The notes under the pieces: model-generated
What the model was told of the DNA's origin: nothing
Database searches by the model: none
The model's input: the letters and a program-made list of their open reading frames with translations, nothing else
In this document: piece after piece, positions 55,601-64,000 of the stretch
How the letters are laid out: each line of letters begins with the position of its first letter
Position numbering within the stretch: the stretch's first letter is position 1
Position numbers and translations under genes: made by a program
NCBI GenBank assembly: GCA_964016885.1
Contig: OZ024760.1
Coordinates: forward strand, 3,348,001 to 3,412,000
DNA: 64,000 bases
Direction: 5' to 3'
Source: Eledone cirrhosa
Lineage: Eukaryota

Positions 55601-58600
55601 CGCAGTTGATAATGTTCACTACAGTTGATAATGTTCACCACAGTTGATAATGTTCACAACAGTTGATAATGTTCACCACAGTTGATAATGTTCACCACAG
55701 TTGGTAATGTTCACCACAGTTGGTAATGTTCACCGCAGTTGATAATGTTCACTACAGTTGATAATGTTCACCACAGTTGATAATGTTCACCACAGTTGAT
55801 AATGTTCACCACAGTTGATAATGTTCACCGCAGTTGATAATGTTCACCACAGTTGGTAATGTTCCCCACAGTTGGTAATGTTCACCGCAGTTGATAATGT
55901 TCACCACAGTTGATAATGTTCAACACAGTTGATAATGTTCACCACAGTTGATAATGTTCACCACAGTTGATAATGTTCACCACAGTTGCTAATGTTCCCC
56001 ACAGTTGATAATGTTCACCGCAGTTGGTAATGTTCACTACAGTTGATAATGTTCACCACAGTTGATAATGTTCACCACAGTTGATAATGTTCACCACAGT
56101 TGATAATGTTCACCACAGTTGATAATTTTCACCGCAGTTGATAATGTTCCCCACAGTTGATAATGTTCACCGCAGTTGGTAATGTTCACTACAGTTGATA
56201 ATGTTCACCACAGTTGATAATGTTCACCACAGTTGATAATTTTCACCGCAGTTGATAATGTTCCCCACAGTTGATAATGTTCACCGCAGTTGGTAATGTT
56301 CACTACAGTTGATAATGTTCACCACAGTTGATAATGTTCACCACAGTTGATAATTTTCACCGCAGTTGATAATGTTCACTACAGTTGATAATGTTCACCA
56401 CAGTTGATAATGTTCACCGCAGTTGATAATGTTCACCGCAGTTGATAATGTTCATTACAGTTGATAATGTTCACCACAGTTGGTAATGTTCACCACAGTT
56501 GATAATGTTCACCGCAGTTGATAATGTTCACCACAGTTGATAATGTTCACCACAGTTGATAATGTTCACCACAGTTGATAATGTTCACCACAGTTGATAA
56601 TGTTCACCATAGTTGGTAATGTTCACCACAGTTGGTAATGTTCACCACAGTTGATAATGTTCACCATAGTTGATAATGTTCACCACAGTTGATGATGTTC
56701 ACTGCAGTTGATAATGTTCACCACAGTTGATAATGTTCACCATAGTTGGTAGTGTTCACCACAGTTGATAATGTTCACCATAGTTGATAATGTTCACCAC
56801 AGTTGATAATGTTCACTGCAGTTGATAATGTTCACCACAGTTGATAATGTTCACCTCAGTTGATAATGTTCACTACAGTTGATAATGTTCACCATAGTTG
56901 ATAATGTTCACTACAGTTGATAATGTTCACCACAGTTGATAATGTTCACCATAGTTGATAATGTTCACCACAGTTGATAATGTTCACTACAGTTGATAAT
57001 GTTCACCGCAGTTGATAATGTTCACTACAGTTGATAATGTTCACCACAGTTGATAATGTTCACCGCAGTTGATAATGTTCACCGCAGTTGATAATATTCA
57101 CTACAGTTGATAATGTTCACCACAGTTGATAATGTTCACCACAGTTGGTAATGTTCACCACAGTTGGTAATGTTCACCGCAGTTGATAATGTTCACTACA
57201 GTTGATAATGTTCACCACAGTTGATAATGTTCACCGCAGTTGATAATGTTCACTACAGTTGATAATGTTCACCACAGTTTGGTAATGTTCCCCACAGTTG
57301 GTAATGTTCACCGCAGTTGGTAATGTTCACTATAGTTGATAATGTTCACCACAGTTGATAATGTTCAACACAGTTGATAATGTTCACCACAGTTGGTAAT
57401 GTTCACTACAGTTGATAATGTTCACCACAGTTGATAATGTTCACCACAGTTGGTAATGTTCCCCACAGTTGATAATGTTCACCGCAGTTGGTAATGTTCA
57501 CTACAGTTGATAATGTTCATCGCAGTTGATAATGTTCACCACAGTTGATAATGTTCAGCACAGTTGATAATGTTCACCACAGTTGGTAATGTTCACTACA
57601 GTTGATAATGTTCACTACAATTGATAATGTTCACCATAGTTGGTAATGTTCACTACAGTTGATAATGTTCACTACAGTTGATAATGTTCACCATAGTTGG
57701 TAATGTTCACCACAGATGGTAATGTTCACTACAGTTGATAATGTTCACTACAGTTGATAACGTTCACCATAGTTGGTAATGTTCACTACAGTTGATAATG
57801 TTCACTACAGTTGATAATGTTCACCATAGTTGGTAATGTTCACCACAGTTGGTAATGTTCACTACAGTTGATAGTGTTCACTACAGTTGATAATGTTCAC
57901 CATAGTTGGTAATGTTCACCACAGTTGGTAATTTTCACCACAGTTGATAATGTTCACCACAGTTGGTAATGTTCACCACAGTTGGTAATGTTCACCACAG
58001 TTGGTAATGTTCACCACAGTTGGTAATGTTCACCACAGTTGATAGTGTTCACCGCAGTTGATAATGTTCACCACAGTTGGTAATGTTCACCACAGTTGGT
58101 AATGTTCACCACAGTTGGTAATGTTCACCACAGTTGATAATGTTCACTATAGTTGATAATGTTCACCACGGTTGATAGTGTTCACCACAGTTGATAATGT
58201 TCACCACAGTTGGTAATGTTCACCACAGTTGATAATGTTCACCACAGTTCATAATGTTCACCACAGTTGGTAATGTTCACCACAGTTCAAAATGTTCACC
58301 ACAGTTGATAATGTTCACTATAGTTGATAATGTTCACCACAGTAGATAATGTTCACCACAGTTGATAATGTTCACCACAGTTGATAATGTTCACCACAGT
58401 TGGTAATGTTCACCACAGTTGGTAATGTTCACCACAGTTGGTAATGTTCACCACAGTTGATAATGTTCACTATAGTTGATAATGTTCACCACAGTTGATA
58501 ATGTTCACCACAGTTGATAATGTTCCCCACAGTTGATAATGTCCACCACAGTTGGTAATGTTCACCACAGTTGGTAATGTTCACCACAGTTGGTAATGTT

Positions 58601-61600
58601 CACCACAGTTTATAATGTTCACTATAGTTGATAATGTTCACCACAGTTGATAATGTTCACCACAGTTGATAATGTTCCCCACAGTTGATAATGTCCACCA
58701 CAGTTGGTAATGTTCACCACAGTTGGTAATGTTCACCACAGTTGGTAATGTTCACCACAGTTGGTAATGTTCACCACAGTTCATAATGTTCACCACAGTT
58801 GGTAATGTTCACCACAGTTTATAATGTTCACTATAGTTGATAATGTTCACCACAGTTGATAATGTTCACCACAGTTGGTAATGTTCACTACAGTTGGTAA
58901 TGTTCACCACAGTTGATAATGTTCACCACAGTTGGTAATGTTCACCACAGTTGATAATGTTCACCACAGTTGGTAATGTTCACCACAGTTGATAATGTTC
59001 ACCACAGTTGGTAATGTTCACCACAGTTGGTAATGTTCACTATAGTTGATAATGTTCACCACAGTTGATAATGTTCACCACAGTTGATAATGTTCACCAC
59101 AGTTGATAATGTTCACCATAGTTGGTAATGTTCACCACAGTTGGTAATGTTCACCATAGTTGATAATGTTCACCACAGTTGATAATGTTCACTGCAGTTG
59201 ATAATGTTCACCACAGTTGATAATGTTCACCTCAGTTGATAATGTTCACTACAGTTGATAATGTTCACCATAGTTGATAATGTTCACTACAGTTGATAAT
59301 GTTCACCACAGTTGATAATGTTCACCATAGTTGATAATGTTCACCACAGTTGATAATGTTCACTACAGTTGATAATGTTCACCGCAGTTGATAATGTTCA
59401 CTACAGTTGATAATGTTCACCACAGTTGATGATGTTCACCGCAGTTGATAATGTTCACCGCAGTTGATAATGTTCACAACAGTTGATAATGTTCACCACA
59501 GTTGATAATGTTCACCACAGTTGGTAATGTTCACCACAGTTGGTAATGTTCACCGCAGTTGATAATGTTCACTACAGTTGATAATGTTCACCACAGTTGA
59601 TAATGTTCACCACAGTTGATAATGTTCACCACAGTTGATAATGTTCACCGCAGTTGATAATGTTCACTACAGTTGATAATGTTCACCACAGTTGGTAATG
59701 TTCCCCACAGTTGGTAATGTTCACCGCAGTTGATAATGTTCACCACAGTTGATAATGTTCAACACAGTTGATAATGTTCACCACAGTTGATAATGTTCAC
59801 CACAGTTGATAATGTTCACCACAGTTGGTAATGTTCCCCACAGTTGATAATGTTCACCGCAGTTGGTAATGTTCACTACAGTTGATAATGTTCACCACAG
59901 TTGATAATGTTCACCACAGTTGATAATGTTCACCACAGTTGATAATGTTCACCACAGTTGATAATTTTCACCGCAGTTGATAATGTTCCCCACAGTTGAT
60001 AATGTTCACCGCAGTTGGTAATGTTCACTACAGTTGATAATGTTCACCACAGTTGGTAATGTTCACCACAGTTGATAATGTTCACCGCAGTTGATAATGT
60101 TCACCACAGTTGATAATGTTCACCACAGTTGATAATGTTCACCACAGTTGATAATGTTCACCACAGTTGATAATGTTCACCATAGTTGGTAATGTTCACC
60201 ACAGTTGGTAATGTTCACCACAGTTGGTAATGTTCCCCACAGTTGATAATGTTCACCGCAGTTGGTAATGTTCACTACAGTTGATAATGTTCACCACAGT
60301 TGATAATGTTCACCACAGTTGATAATTTTCACCGCAGTTGATAATGTTCACTACAGTTGATAATGTTCACCACAGTTGATAATGTTCACCGCAGTTGATA
60401 ATGTTCACCGCAGTTGATAATGTTCATTACAGTTGATAATGTTCACCACAGTTGGTAATGTTCACCACAGTTGATAATGTTCACCGCAGTTGATAATGTT
60501 CACCACAGTTGATAATGTTCACCACAGTTGATAATGTTCACCACAGTTGATAATGTTCACCACAGTTGATAATGTTCACCATAGTTGGTAATGTTCACCA
60601 CAGTTGGTAATGTTCACCACAGTTGATAATGTTCACCATAGTTGATAATGTTCACCACAGTTGATGATGTTCACTGCAGTTGATAATGTTCACCACAGTT
60701 GATAATGTTCACCATAGTTGGTAATGTTCACCACAGTTGATAATGTTCACCATAGTTGATAATGTTCACCACAGTTGATAATGTTCACTGCAGTTGATAA
60801 TGTTCACCACAGTTGATAATGTTCACCTCAGTTGATAATGTTCACTACAGTTGATAATGTTCACCATAGTTGATAATGTTCACTACAGTTGATAATGTTC
60901 ACCGCAGTTGATAATGTTCACCATAGTTGATAATGTTCACCGCAGTTGATAATGTTCACTACAGTTGATAATGTTCACCACAGTTTGGTAATGTTCCCCA
61001 CAGTTGGTAATGTTCACCGCAGTTGGTAATGTTCACTATAGTTGATAATGTTCACCACAGTTGATAATGTTCAACACAGTTGATAATGTTCACCACAGTT
61101 GGTAATGTTCACTACAGTTGATAATGTTCACCACAGTTGATAATGTTCACCACAGTTGGTAATGTTCCCCACAGTTGATAATGTTCACCGCAGTTGGTAA
61201 TGTTCACTACAGTTGATAATGTTCATCGCAGTTGATAATGTTCACCACAGTTGATAATGTTCAGCACAGTTGATAATGTTCACCACAGTTGGTAATGTTC
61301 ACTACAGTTGATAATGTTCACTACAATTGATAATGTTCACCATAGTTGGTAATGTTCACTACAGTTGATAATGTTCACTACAGTTGATAATGTTCACCAT
61401 AGTTGGTAATGTTCACCACAGTTGGTAATGTTCACTACAGTTGATAATGTTCACTACAGTTGATACGTTCACCATAGTTGGTAATGTTCACTACAGTTGA
61501 TAATGTTCACTACAGTTGATAATGTTCACCATAGTTGGTAATGTTCACCACAGTTGGTAATGTTCACTACAGTTGATAGTGTTCACTACAGTTGATAATG

Positions 61601-64000
61601 TTCACCATAGTTGGTAATGTTCACCACAGTTGGTAATTTTCACCACAGTTGATAATGTTCACCACAGTTGGTAATGTTCACCACAGTTGGTAATGTTCCC
61701 CACAGTTGATAATGTTCACCACAGTTGGTAATGTTCACCACAGTTGGTAATGTTCACCACAGTTGGTAATGTTCACCACAGTTGATAATGTTCACTACAG
61801 TTGATAATGTTCACCACAGTTGGTAATGTTCACCGCAGTTGATAATGTTCACCACAGTTGGTAATGTTCACCACAGTTGGTAATGTTCACCACAGTTGGT
61901 AATTTTCACCACAGTTGGTAATGTTCACCACAGTTGATAATGTTCACTATAGTTGATAATGTTCACCACGGTTGATAATGTTCACCACAGTTGATAATGT
62001 TCACCACAGTTGGTAATGTTCACCACAGTTGATAATGTTCACCACAGTTCATAATGTTCACCACAGTTGGTAATGTTCACCACAGTTCAAAATGTTCACC
62101 ACAGTTGATAATGTTCACTATAGTTGATAATGTTCACCACAGTAGATAATGTTCACCACAGTTGATAATGCTCACCACAGTTGATAATGTTCACCACAGT
62201 TGGTAATGTTCACCACAGTTGGTAATGTTCACCACAGTTCAAAATGTTCACCACAGTTAGTAATGTTCACCACAGTTGGTAATGTTCACCCCAGTTGATA
62301 ATGTTCACCACAGTTGATAATGTTCACCACAGTTGGTAATGTTCACCACAGTTGGTAATGTTCACCACAGTTGGTAATGTTCACCACAGTTGATAATGTT
62401 CACTATAGTTGATAATGTTCACCACAGTTGATAATGTTCACCACAGTTGATAATGTTCCCCACAGTTGATAATGTCCACCACAGTTGGTAATGTTCACCA
62501 CAGTTGGTAATGTTCACCACAGTTGGTAATGTTCACCACAGTTGGTAATGTTCACCACAGTTCATAATGTTCACCACAGTTGGTAATGTTCACCACAGTT
62601 TATAATGTTCACTATAGTTGGTAATGTTCACCACAGTTGATAATGTTCACCACAGTTGGTAATGTTCACTACAGTTGGTAATGTTCACCACAGTTGATAA
62701 TGTTCACCACAGTTGGTAATGTTCACCACAGTTGATAATGTTCACCACAGTTGGTAATGTTCACCACAGTTGATAATGTTCACCACAGTTGGTAATGTTC
62801 ACCACAGTTGGTAATGTTCACTATAGTTGATAATGTTCACCACAGTTGATAATGTTCACCACAGTTGATAATGTTCACCACAGTTGATAATGTTCACCAT
62901 AGTTGGTAATGTTCACCACAGTTGGTAATGTTCAACATAGTTGATAATGTTCACCACAGTTGATAATGTTCACTGCAGTTGATAATGTTCACCACAGTTG
63001 ATAATGTTCACCTCAGTTGATAATGTTCACTACAGTTGATAATGTTCACCATAGTTGATAATGTTCACTACAGTTGATAATGTTCACCACAGTTGATAAT
63101 GTTCACCATAGTTGATAATGTTCACCACAGTTGATAATGTTCACTACAGTTGATAATGTTCACCGCAGTTGATAATGTTCACTACAGTTGATAATGTTCA
63201 CCACAGTTGATGATGTTCACCGCAGTTGATAATGTTCACCGCAGTTGATAATGTTCACAACAGTTGATAATGTTCACCACAGTTGATAATGTTCACCACA
63301 GTTGGTAATGTTCACCACAGTTGGTAATGTTCACCGCAGTTGATAATGTTCACTACAGTTGATAATGTTCACCACAGTTGATAATGTTCACCACAGTTGA
63401 TAATGTTCACCACAGTTGATAATGTTCACCGCAGTTGATAATGTTCACTACAGTTGATAATGTTCACCACAGTTGGTAATGTTCCCCACAGTTGGTAATG
63501 TTCACCGCAGTTGATAATGTTCACCACAGTTGATAATGTTCAACACAATTGATAATGTTCACCACAGTTGATAATGTTCACCACAGTTGATAATGTTCAC
63601 CACAGTTGGTAATGTTCCCCACAGTTGATAATGTTCACCGCAGTTGGTAATGTTCACTACAGTTGATAATGTTCACCACAGTTGATAATGTTCACCACAG
63701 TTGATAATGTTCACCACAGTTGATAATGTTCACCACAGTTGATAATTTTCACCGCAGTTGATAATGTTCCCCACAGTTGATAATGTTCACCGCAGTTGGT
63801 AATGTTCACTACAGTTGATAATGTTCACCACAGTTGATAATGTTCACCACAGTTGATAATTTTCACCGCAGTTGATAATGTTCCCCACAGTTGATAATGT
63901 TCACCGCAGTTGGTAATGTTCACTACAGTTGATGATGTTCACCACAGTTGATAATGTTCACCACAGTTGATAGTTTTCACCGCAGTTGATAATGTTCACT
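49678..64000. repeat. 19-bp satellite array, consensus GTTGATAATGTTCACCACA (roughly 750 units by length; runs off the right edge)
   Basis: Uninterrupted head-to-tail units with no unique spacers. Confidence 0.98.

Noticed and set aside
49678-64000. CRISPR-like appearance of a short regular repeat
   Set aside because: No unique spacers and no cas genes; the context is eukaryotic.

Overview
Repeat-dominated eukaryotic DNA with no supportable host protein-coding gene. The repeat inventory ((TA)n tracts, Deu/Nin-domain SINEs, RTE LINE, Penelope-like remnants) resembles an octopus/cephalopod genome, which is an inference. The window has three parts. (1) 1-28845 is a G/T-rich 27-bp satellite with kb-scale higher-order duplications. 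(2) ~28.9-49.7 kb is a microsatellite-rich island containing a frameshifted RTE LINE RT, a decayed Penelope-like RT fragment, several SINEs, a triple-nested repeat/MITE/SINE with both target-site duplications visible, two units bounded by direct repeats, and three fold-back structures; two of these fold-backs carry hammerhead-ribozyme motifs. (3) 49678-64000 is a 19-bp satellite with higher-order duplications and a CpG-decay-like variant pattern. The long ORFs in the track are translations of repeats.
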